Assembly: GCA_032718475.1 (NCBI GenBank)
Contig: JAUCBJ010006938.1
Coordinates: 62,001-126,000, forward strand
Origin: Nemertoderma westbladi
Lineage: Eukaryota > Animalia > Xenacoelomorpha
DNA length: 64,000 bases
Direction of reading: 5' to 3'
How positions within the stretch are numbered: position 1 is the stretch's first letter; the number at the start of each line of letters is the position of its first letter. The position numbers and the translations under genes are program-made. The notes under the pieces are model-generated. The model made no database searches. It was not told the DNA's origin and worked only from the letters and a program-made list of their open reading frames with translations. Positions 37,461-48,189 of this stretch are shown piece by piece.

Positions 37461-37504
37461 ACCCGCCTGATGATAACCAGAAGTTTGAAACCTAGGTACC
37501 GGGT
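37461..37504 (+). ncRNA. Type I hammerhead ribozyme, copy 3 (inverted)
   Basis: ACCCGC-CUGAUGA-UAAC cagaa GUUU-GAAA-CCUAGG-UA-CCGGGU; box A at 37443, box B at 37502, T5 at 37531. Confidence 0.8.
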
Positions 37505-38053
37505 TCGAGCCCCAATAGGGCGGGTTGATATTTTTCGCTTTGGAGAGCATTATCATATTGTCCTATTTACATTGTATATTTAATACACCGCGTCACTCAC
37601 CCCACAACAATTCACTTATTATTTGTAATTACTGTTTGGGTCACCAATATGTAAGGTGCTACTCAAGCTTGAAATTCGAAAAAGAAGTTGTATTAATATT
37701 GCCGAAACAATTATCTATTAATCAGAGTAAAATTACTAACTGATTGGTTATCTTCTTTCCCTAACCCCTATCAAGTGTTGCACTACAGTATATACAGATG
37801 AATTACCCTTCTCCAGAACATACACAAAAGATTAAACCAAAATAATTATTTAGCAAGCAATATGCAATTAACAATTAGTCCGAATTGCACAACATAAAAT
37901 CGTATACTATGTAACCTTGACTTATGTTTGAAATTAAATTAAAAATAAATTTTTATTATATATTTTAAGATCAATGCCTTTAATATAAATAATTAAAAAT
38001 ATATTTTAATATAATTTAATAAATAGCCAGTGACTAAATATATAAATACAATA

Positions 38054-38327
38054 ATGTTTGGGCTTACCATCCTAATCTCGGCCAATGTGGTAGGATTTTC
38101 GCTTGGTGATATTTACATCAATAATTTCTGTACCAACCAAACCCCACTTGGAGTTTCTACTAAAGCCACAACTTCCTACGACTGCAGCATTGATTGCGAG
38201 AGGAATCATCAATGTCGGTCTTTCACCTTCACTGACAGATGCCAGATATATGAAGAGGATTGTCTGGCAGATATGGTCAACTGGGATGTTGAAACTTTGG
38301 GGAGACGTTGGATCAACAAGAAAAAAG
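38054..38327 (+). CDS. Secreted or membrane PAN/apple-EGF protein, exon 1 (signal peptide plus PAN-like domain)
   Basis: MFGLTILISANVVGFSLG; CSIDCERNHQCRSFTFTDRCQIY; phase-1 donor aaag|gttaa. Confidence 0.75.
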
Positions 38328-38409
38328 GTTAAATGAATTAATATAGAATATAACATATCGAATATATAATATATATCGAATATAATATCGAATCAACTCG
38401 TATATATTT

Positions 38410-38884
38410 CATCGAAACCAGAGCCCCAAAAAAATCCGATTGCATAAAAAACAAGTTTCAAACAATCAATTTACAAAATTGTCATATTTCCAATTCTGGT
38501 GCTGGCATCAAAATTGGGCCTCCGCCGAAAAATACAAGTTTGAAATTTCTAAATCAATTTATATGAATTCCATCCAATTGCTATCACCAAAAAACCGGTG
38601 TAAATCAAAAATATAGATGTTACAATTCATATTTAATGAAATGTAATTTTCAAAAAACGTCTCAAAAAAAGTGCCAAAAGTAGGGTTAAAAAATGGTGCT
38701 ATAACTCGAAAACTACCCAATATTTTTGAAAACGGTTTTCACTACTAGGAACGAAGACAATAGATTTTTAGGAAAAGTCATAAAATTTCAGATTCCCAAC
38801 TGCGTTTGCTTCAGAATTATAATAAAAAAACCACGGGGGGGGGGGGGGGTCATATTGACCCTCCCCCGGGTTTAATAGGGTTAA
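38410..38884. mobile_element. Terminal fragment of a non-autonomous TTAA-type (piggyBac-like) DNA transposon
   Basis: Ends gggtcatattgaccc...aatagggTTAA; other end not found. Confidence 0.4.
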
Positions 38885-39039
38885 ACGAAATTTTTCATGC
38901 TTGCTACACATATCTCTAAAATAGTCTTTTCAGATACCTGGATACCGATTATATATACATTACATTCATTATTGACATATATTGTCTAAACCTTTTATGT
39001 ATCCCGATTTCGTCAATAGTTTTTTAGGCTACGCCCTCC

Positions 39040-41790
39040 CTTTATCATGGCCGAGGAGTTTCTCCAACACCAAAGTGATATTTTAGCGATTATGATAACT
39101 GTCAAGATGAAGAAATGAAATGTATAAACATGAGCGAAGAACAATCCTTAACTGACCACCTTTTCGCAATGAATGTGCTATACACAACTTCACTGGGCAA
39201 ACTAGTTGAAATACAACGGGAGCTGTTGGAGTCAAAAGATAATGTTTTAGCTTGGGGTCAAGCAACAGGGGCTGTAGAAAGTACAACAGCATCACAAACC
39301 GACGTCAACAAGAAAATTAAGACTTCAAGAAAACAGGCTACCAGTAAAGAAAGTATACCCGAGATCACATGCACGACAATGGAGCCGGCGCATCCTCGGG
39401 AGAAAACAAATGATGTGACAACACCTGCGAGTGAAGCGGTGCGGAATAGCGGGCCAAATACTTGGCAAACAGTGGAACCGAGACATCACAACATACACCA
39501 CCAGTCACCGGCACTAAATCGGGAACAGGCTTGGGAGTGGCCCCTCCTGCTAGCCAAAACAGGGATTCCCAAATAGCACATGTCTTTGTAGGTAACTTTG
39601 TACCTTCAACAACCAGCGACAATGTTAAACAGTACTTAGACAGGGAGGAGCTAAGCTACCGAGATGTTACCCCGATCACACGTAGTACACAAGGTAGCAC
39701 GGTAGATAACACACCTACGAGTCAGGCCTTCCACGTGTAATCAGTCGGACATGGAGCATATCCTTAACCCAAACAACTGGGAGGACGGGGTTCGCATCAG
39801 AAAATATCGCCTCACAGCCACGGAACGTGCATCGTTCTCTGTGAAACCACAGACTCGACCTGATGCAAGGAAGAGCAATGGCGATATCACTCAGGTGGCA
39901 AGTCAGGGGTCTTCCTCGGCCATTGATAGTCGACCTTCAGCCGACTATCAATATATGACAACCCAGGGAGGTAGATGGGTCGGTGACTATATGCAGTGGA
40001 TGTGCTAAACCCTACCGATACCAGGCGAGCCCACACAGGCACTAGAAACTATGTGCCCGATTCCAAGCAGATATCAACCGGAAAAACTTCGATGAACTAC
40101 CTTTCTCAAATCTAGAACACAGGCCCCCCTATCTGGTGCTAGACAACAAAACACCATGAACATACTACTATGGAATGACGAAGGAGTCAAGTCAACCATC
40201 AACACCACAACATATGATACTTTTGAAACAACAGACATACTACTTCTTACAGAGACAATGGCCAAACATACAGACATCCTAGGGTTCACATGCCATGATA
40301 CGGAATGGTTGACCGTGGTTGACCATGGACGGCCATGCGGAGGCCTATGTATTGCAGTCAACACGAGGCTACACACCACACAGAGAGTCCTTTTTAGGAA
40401 TGACAAACTGGTTGCCCTTGATACCAAGCACATAGCTATGTGGTTATTATACTCTACAAACGGACATTTCTGATATCCTCTTGGATTTAGTTAATGCATT
40501 GAATACAGTCCGTGCCAAGTCGAAAATGTCTGTAATAGTTTGCGGGGATTTTAACTGCAGGGTAGACAAATATTGCGACCGTGGAGAAATGCTTTGCAAT
40601 GGGCTCCTTGGTGCTGGCTTGCACTGCCTCAATGACCCGAAGATCCCAACATATATATCGTGGAATGGGGAGAGCACAATCGACTTATTGTTTACCGAGG
40701 AGGGGCTCATTGTGAGCGGATTCAATTCCGCCTCACTATCCCCATAAAGTTGGGAAGTGGCGCCCTTTTTCAGCAATATTGGAGATACGAGATTGATAGT
40801 AACCAATCTCGTATCACACCCAATAATGGGATAACACAATCCCCAAAAGCCACACAAAGGGAGGTTAGAGGTCAAACCACCTCGAGAGGGCAAATAACCA
40901 ACAGCAGGGGGGGGGGGGGGGGGCACTCCCATAGAGGTGAGATGCGTGAAGTAGGTTATAAGCCAATGGGAGATGGGGAAAGTATCCGCTGGACAAAGGC
41001 CACTGTAGTGTAGAAGTGACTAGATATATATTATCAGTGTATTGACATACCAATTTAGTTATCTCAGTCATCAGTTCAGTGCAGATCAGTGATATTTTAT
41101 ACCGTCATCATTACCAATACATATTTACCGGTACAGCATATTATCAACCTTAATGCTACCAATTTATAACCTTTTACTGCGCTATCACGTAAATTCATTA
41201 TCTAATATCAAGAGACATTAATTAACTGCTATCATTTTACTGCAACGGCCTCGGCCTAGACATCACCCTAAGGTAAACTCGGCGACGCGTAATAATAAAT
41301 CCGGTCGGGATCCCTTGATCCCGTCACACTCATTGACCACATGATGGTGGAGGTGATGCCGACAATGAACACCAAACACCAGCGTATCTCAGCTTGTATT
41401 CAAATGGACTCCAGCATATCAAACAGAAATACAAGAACCCCTGCAATAAAACGCATTGACGTGGATGTTCTGGGCAGCACTCTGAATATCGAGGATTTCC
41501 AAGAACTTCTTAACTCTGACATTAACATGGCTTGTACCTATCTAACTGATAAGATCTCAGAATCTGCAAAAGCCCCTAATAGAAGGGAAGGAAAACCATG
41601 ACTTGACCAATCGTGCTACTTGGCCCGCAACGAACTCCGCAGAACATATTTGGAAATGAAAAGTAATTGTAATCAACAAACTCGAGATAAATACAGACTA
41701 CTTCAGCGCAGTTATACCCAATTGATAAAAGATAAACGCAAAATCTACGAATTCCATCAGGAACTCAAAGTGAATAAACCCCTAGATCCC
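39040..41790 (+). mobile_element. 3'-truncated decayed APE LINE related to the 16231-20065 element (ORF1 plus endonuclease)
   Basis: AHVFVGNF, ILNPNNWEDGVRIRKY, LLWNDEG, LLLTET, GRPCGG, CGDFNCR, STIDL, KP(W)LD. Confidence 0.8.
40711..41328. mobile_element. Solo LTR inserted in the LINE endonuclease region
   Basis: tgtga...tcaca termini; 5-bp TSD ctcat (40706-40710 / 41329-41333). Confidence 0.8.
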
Positions 41791-42423
41791 TTCCTATAAT
41801 AATTGTATAATAACAAACTAGTTAATTACATTTATTTATTTATTAATATAATACTCAATTTTAGTGTAATTTTTAATAGTTAGTGGAAATTTTAATTTCA
41901 TATGTTTGGACTAATAAACATTATTATTATTTATTTATAAAAGTTTTTTTAGCAAAAAAAGATTTTTTAATTTTTTAGCAATATTTATCATATCTGTACC
42001 ATGATAGCATTTTCCCTGAAAACGGCCATATTCAATGGTAAAATATAGTGCTGCTCGAAGGCTTGTCCGAAATCAGACTATCTCTTACATTTTGGCTCTT
42101 AACTTGAGATTTGAAATCTCCTTTACATTCGGCACATGATATGATAAAAAAGTTTATTTTGACAATTTCCAAAAAGGAGGGTAACCCCCCCCCCCCTCTT
42201 AAAGAAATAATATATAAAAATAATAATAGATTATATTTTTAATATTTTTAGTAACAATTATTAATGTTAACGCAAAATATACAAAATAATTAATATGAAA
42301 TTAAATGTTATAAAATATATATTTATATAATAATAATTTAATTTAATTTAAAAAGAATGGATGTAAAATTTCACTTTGATAAATGACTTAATTATATTAG
42401 AATTATTTTTCATTTGCTTATAG

Positions 42424-42708
42424 TACCATGGGCTGGCTCATTTACCTCACCATGTCACACCAACTACATCGGAGATGTTTCTCTAATGAAACAGAACGAG
42501 ATTGGCAATTATACAAAATGCATGGCAGGATGTGGCAGTATTACACAATGTATTGCTGCTGTGTGGGCCTGGGACGACGAAGATCTGACAGCCAAATTAT
42601 GTCTGTTCGAAAATCCAACAGTTTCTGATACAAATCTAAGCAACATCATTGATACATATGGAGATAATGTGGCATTCTTTGACAAGGTGGACAAAATCGA
42701 ATTTCAAT
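42424..42708 (+). CDS. PAN/apple-EGF protein, exon 2 (second PAN-like domain)
   Basis: ttatag|...|gtaag, phase 1-1; KCMAGCGSITQCIAAVW...LCLF. Confidence 0.75.
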
Positions 42709-43082
42709 GTAAGTTAGTTTTACAAAATATTCCCATTTTATCAAATGTTATTAATTAATATATTATTTAACAGTTTCAATAATTGATAATAATTTCATGG
42801 GGACAGCAACCATGCCGACCATCGGTCTATTCATGGATTCACGGTCTATTCACGGGATGACGACCGAAGGAATTCAATGGTAGAAGAAGGAATAGAATAG
42901 GAGCTGAGCATTGATTTTTTGATGAATTATGAAGTATTTATTTGAAGAACATAGAATAGACAATATACTCCGGAACAATAGAAACACTTAAAATACTTAT
43001 ATTGTATAAAACTACAACTACTGTAATATTATATTATGGATTAATTATATAATTGATAATAATTGAATATTTTATTACCCAG

Positions 43083-43214
43083 GCCCAGTAGAGGATCCGT
43101 GCCTTGTTTGCCAAACTGGTATAGAATACGTCTGTAAGATAACAAAAGGACTGGTTACTGACTGCAGCTGTGCTGAGGGATACGCTCTTGATGAAGGCGA
43201 TGGTTCCTGTAAAG
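43083..43214 (+). CDS. PAN/apple-EGF protein, exon 3 (EGF-like domain)
   Basis: cccag|...|gttat, phase 1-1; DPCLVC...VC...DCSCAEGYALDEGDGSCK. Confidence 0.8.
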
Positions 43215-43513
43215 GTTATACGATTATTATATCAATTACTTTCACGAATATAGAATGTGACGAAAGGTTTGTGAGTCAGGCCTTGAGGATGTTAACGTGG
43301 TTTGAAACCAACAACGGCAAGCTAATGGCATGGGCCAGAGCGAGAGATAAGTTTGCAGCTGCTGTAAAATCTAGCCCGAAATTTTCAGAAAATAGTAGCG
43401 ATTTTTAAGTGATTTATATGTATTTATGAGAAAATATAATTTAATGTAATTTTTTATATATATATATATATAGTATAAATTATGTAGGAAGATATATTAC
43501 TTGAATATATAAC

Positions 43514-44753
43514 TGTTCGCGCTTTCAGACATTTAGCAGTTTAACCTGCCAATTTTAGGTGTCCTCTTGTTTATAAATCGACTTTAGCCTATAACAATTA
43601 TTTAATGCACATGAAGTAACATTAGCCAAAGCCAGTCTATGCGCGATCATTCACCCACAGTTAAGGGAGACTGGATTCGGATGCTTGGACCTTATTGCGT
43701 TGCAGACCTACTGTATTATTCGATTGATTGTTACTATATAATCTCTGACAATATTATTCACTTTCAGGGAAATATTAACAGTTCCTTTAGGACGTGGCGC
43801 TTTAAGTATAAAACAGAGTTATGACTTATACTAAACACAACGAGATGGCTAATGATTTTCGTAAATGGCGCATTCTTTAGGAGATGCTTTATTATCTGTC
43901 ACACTGCTGCATACGATTTCACACTGCTGCACACTGATCTGCCGACCGTCACTGAATTTGATCATATATAAGGAGGATAGCCACTGACACATGTAGGGAT
44001 AATGAAATAGCATTTACTGCACACTAAAACCAATGTAATGTAAGTCGCAGTTGCTACCGGTAACCGGTCCCTCTAACCTTTAGTAATCAAGAAGATTGGG
44101 GTTTTATGATTATTTATCGATATTCTCCAAATATAACAACATATCCATCAACATATAACCATTAATAACAGACAGTAAACAGAAGTACAATAATGCGGTG
44201 ATATTCAGCCAGTATCGGTAATACCGGTACCGCAGTTGCAGGTGCAGTATCAAAGTTGTTCAGTCAGTGCAGACTGCAGTTTCATCAGTCAGTGATTCAG
44301 AGTCAGTTGCAGTCATCAGTTGCAGATAATAGATTTACGTTCTTGTAATCCAAAGCCGTCTAATGTTGGCCAAAGTCTGAAACTTCAAACACAGAAGTAC
44401 AGAAGAATCCTAAGCCGGTGTTCTGGGCTTAGAAAAGATATACACTGACTGAATTGCGTGGGTTTCTGTAGGCACTGTCCAACACAAAGAGAAAATCGCT
44501 CTGATTGGTCGAGCGAGCCGAACAAAGAACAAAGAAAAGCTCCATGCTGGCATTAAATCAGCTGACAGATGTCGTCATCTGAACTACACTCTATTTAGAG
44601 TATTTGGCGTATTGCGGCATAAAATGGCTTGTTATGTCCGCTAAAACACCTACAGGGTACATTGCGGAGAAAATGGCTTGTTATGTCCGCTAAAACAACT
44701 AAACAGTTCATTGCGGAGAAAAATGACTGGTTATATCCGCAAAAGCTTTTACA
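43514..44753 (-). repeat. 3' LTR of Bel/Pao 2
   Basis: tgttcgcgc...ttttaca; matches 57625-58865. Confidence 0.95.
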
Positions 44754-44830
44754 CCGCTCCCAGAAAATGGGATTTAATTCTATAAAATATAAAAATCACA
44801 GTTTCTAAAATATAAAAATACTCTAAACAG

Positions 44831-46388
44831 TTAGTCTTTCTTACGCGAACGGCATTTACGCAGTTTTTTGAGGCTAGCAAGAGTCCTTTTCTCTTTGGGG
44901 CGAGCCACTTTACTAGGAGGGCCAATACTCCTGGGTGAAGGGTGCAATACAATTGCATCGGAAGGTTTTAGGATTATGGTCGGTGTATCTGCCGGTCGAG
45001 GTACCCGGTTGATTGGTATCAACCTCAGTGGAATGAGGTCGAACAACCTTGAGAGCGCGTTTTAAGACAGCGGCTCTTACTGGTTCCTGACGGGTCGTTT
45101 GCACGAGTGCGGTAGGTGGACCGTGTGTAGTGAGAAATTTCCTCGGTTTGATGGTTCTTTTCGACTCGCGTTCTCGGGCTCTGTGGAAATCGATATGCTT
45201 CTCCTCGAGCTGATTTTCCTCCGCTTGTCATTGAAAGCATTCGTCCAAAACTCTTGCAGAGAGTAGGGTCGTCCAAGTTCGATATCTTCTTAGGGATTCT
45301 GTGTTTCCCGATTGAACTGAGATAAAGCTAATTCGTTTACCGCTTGGACTTGCTGCTACAATTTACGTTTCTCTGAACAATCGTAGGTTCCTTTTCCGAT
45401 CTTTGTCGAATAGTGTCTAACGCATTGCGTACAACTCTCTCCTCCACCTCGGTGACAGGTTGTATCGGGGTTAGATCGGGACGATTATACGGGTTGAACG
45501 GCGATATTAAATGTCCGCGTCCCAATCCGGCTAGGTAGGATGGGCAAATATCTAGGGAGCCCATAACCGGAGTGCCACCGACTAATTGTTCGGGTAACAC
45601 CAGATCTTTGAACAATGAGTACAGTTCAGGAGGAACCATCATACTATTAGGATCAAGAGAGAGTCTGAGGTCTCACCAGGGAATGAGGAGGTCTGACCGA
45701 TTATTCCGGAACTCTGATCATCGGTTTATTTAAGGATCGTTTGCGTCGAGCGAGCCTAGGTGATGCGTCAAACAAGTTTCGCACAAAACTCCCGTAAGTA
45801 TAGCGAGTAAAAACTGTGTTTAGCGCAACGTCTCCGCGGATGTTTATGTCTTTCCGTGTGTTGGTTGGGTCTAGGGCATTCATCGTAATAATACCAAAGA
45901 CGCACGTCTTGTAGGGGAAACGCTGGTGATCTTTCTCCAGTTTTACAACATCTCTCTCAAGAATTCCAAATATACTTTGAAGTCTCTGCATTTATCCAGT
46001 TCTTTAACGTCTTCTCTTTCGAGTTGGTTTCGAATAGAATTTTCGTGTTCGATTCTCAGTTTGTCGTTCTGACTCCGCTGGGTATGATATTTAAATAGGA
46101 TCATTTCCCTTTCGGTGTCTACATCGTCCATATCGTGTAAATCGATAGGATGGCCAGTAGTAAAGAAGTCTATATACGTACCATTACGATGCGTATAGCG
46201 AGCGGTGAATTTTCTATAGACCAATTCACGCGTGAGTTGTTCCTTGGACATTGGTGGTTCGATATAACGGCCATAGTCCTCCGTAGTAGAGGGACTAGCG
46301 TCACCGCGTATTAAACTATCAACAACGCTTGCAATGGTAGGGTATATCGCTCCCTGATACCAAGATCATCTTCTATCAACTCAGACAT
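44831..46388 (-). pseudogene. Decayed extra ORF of Bel/Pao 2, unknown function
   Basis: Contiguous same-strand ORF fragments 45943-46251, 45701-45991, 45337-45642, 45025-45276, 44831-45046 in a GC-richer block. Confidence 0.5.
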
Positions 46389-48189
46389 AGCTGCTATATG
46401 AGTTTATCAATATTATAATTAATTATAATTAGGCTAGCGGGCGTCGCTGCCTAGCCATCACGGCCCCCGGACAGCGCAAGATCCTCAGCGCTGATGTACT
46501 GTCGCCGCTGTGTCTATCGCCAACGTAGTAGCTGCACAACGACAACAACAACCAGCGCGAGTCACTCCACTGTCCGTCCCAAGGGCTTAGATTTATTTCA
46601 GGTTCTTACTGCAGGGTTAGGGCTACTTTCACAACTGCGACTCACTACTGTAAACACACTTTAGTAGTAACATTCACCTATAAATGCACAAATTCCACAC
46701 AACTGTCACAAATTGTACACATTCGGGCCATTTGTCTGTTAGTCAAGTGCCTTCCAGAATGCCACGTTATTATTATGTATCCCTGGATACTAGCAGTGCG
46801 CTATTTATGCCGTATGCTATTCAATGGGGCAAGCTTTTTATTGTTCTTTTAACTCACTTCTAATTCTAGCGTGGTTGTTGCCATGGTGACATTATGGAAA
46901 GCTAGCAGTAGAATTAGGGTAATTCTCATGCATACAGATCTGGGATGCTATTTAATAGTAATTCTTTAATTGTCAATATTCCCCTTTATACATGATTTTA
47001 TGAATTTTATCGGCTATTGACTATATATTGGAGATTCTCGCACACTAATACACTTAATAGGGTGAATCTCCGCTCCCATGATCTATTAATTAATGGAATT
47101 TTGGGAATATTATAAATTGTATAAAATAACAATTTATCAAATTCATGAAAGGATATGAATTTAAATTTATTCCCATAAATTTTATTATTGAATATGGAAT
47201 AAACACAATTTTATTCCAGAGCATGTCTGGGGACTGGGATCCTTCATTCTAGGAAATTTGTCTTTTTAAGAGTATCGGTAAGTGCTACGATATTTTAATC
47301 GACTAGAATTTTAAAGGATCTAATTTTAAACAGATTTTAATTTATAAATTTTCTTGGTTTACAAACTCCTTAGAGTTTATTTGTGTGTATTTATTCTATT
47401 ATAACATTTGTTTTAATAGATTTTTATAAATATTAACTATGTAATATTTAAGATGGGCACCGATTTATTCCAGAACATGTCTGGGGACGTTAACCACTGA
47501 TTCTAGAATTTTGTCTTTCAAGTATATCGGTGGGTGCCGCGATATCTTAATCGACTAGAATTACAGATGGTCAAAGGGTTTAACAGATTTATTTGCGTTG
47601 TACGCTACTGTTAAAGGGACTTCACGCTACTATATGTATTATTTAATATACGGTATGAGAGCAATATTGCAATAAGCAATGTCAGTGAGAAGAGGCAAGT
47701 CGTTTCCAAGGTCTACCCAGAGCTTGGTTTAGCCGAGACACGAGGATCTGAACTTTGCATTCCTAATACTCTACTTACCAATAATACTTGAGTATAGTAG
47801 GAGCTTTATTGTACTTTAATAAGTACGGACATTTCATCTTACTGTAATCACGTATTTATAATATGATACGGACAGTAAGGAAAGAGAAAAATAATTATTT
47901 CTCGCCGTTGCACTAAATATATATAATATATATAAGTAATTAAGTAATAAACGCGAATATATATTGCACTATTCTACTAAATAACCACTAAAATAACATT
48001 CTACTAAATAAAATTAAAGAAAACGATTATTATAAAATTACATAATAATACATACCTAAATATAAGAATAATAAAAAACGAATATAAAATAATATGGTCA
48101 TACACCCACTCCAGACGCTGTTATGTTGGGGAGTCCCTAGATGTCTGTTGGATTAGGGAGGTGGTCGTGGGAAGTGTATCTTGCCTTCC

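Larger units (their letters stand above)
36809..37623. repeat. 368-bp hammerhead-containing repeat (retrozyme/SINE-like): one full and one partial direct copy, then an inverted copy
   Basis: Copies start at 36809 and 37177; 37369-37623 is the reverse complement. Confidence 0.9.
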
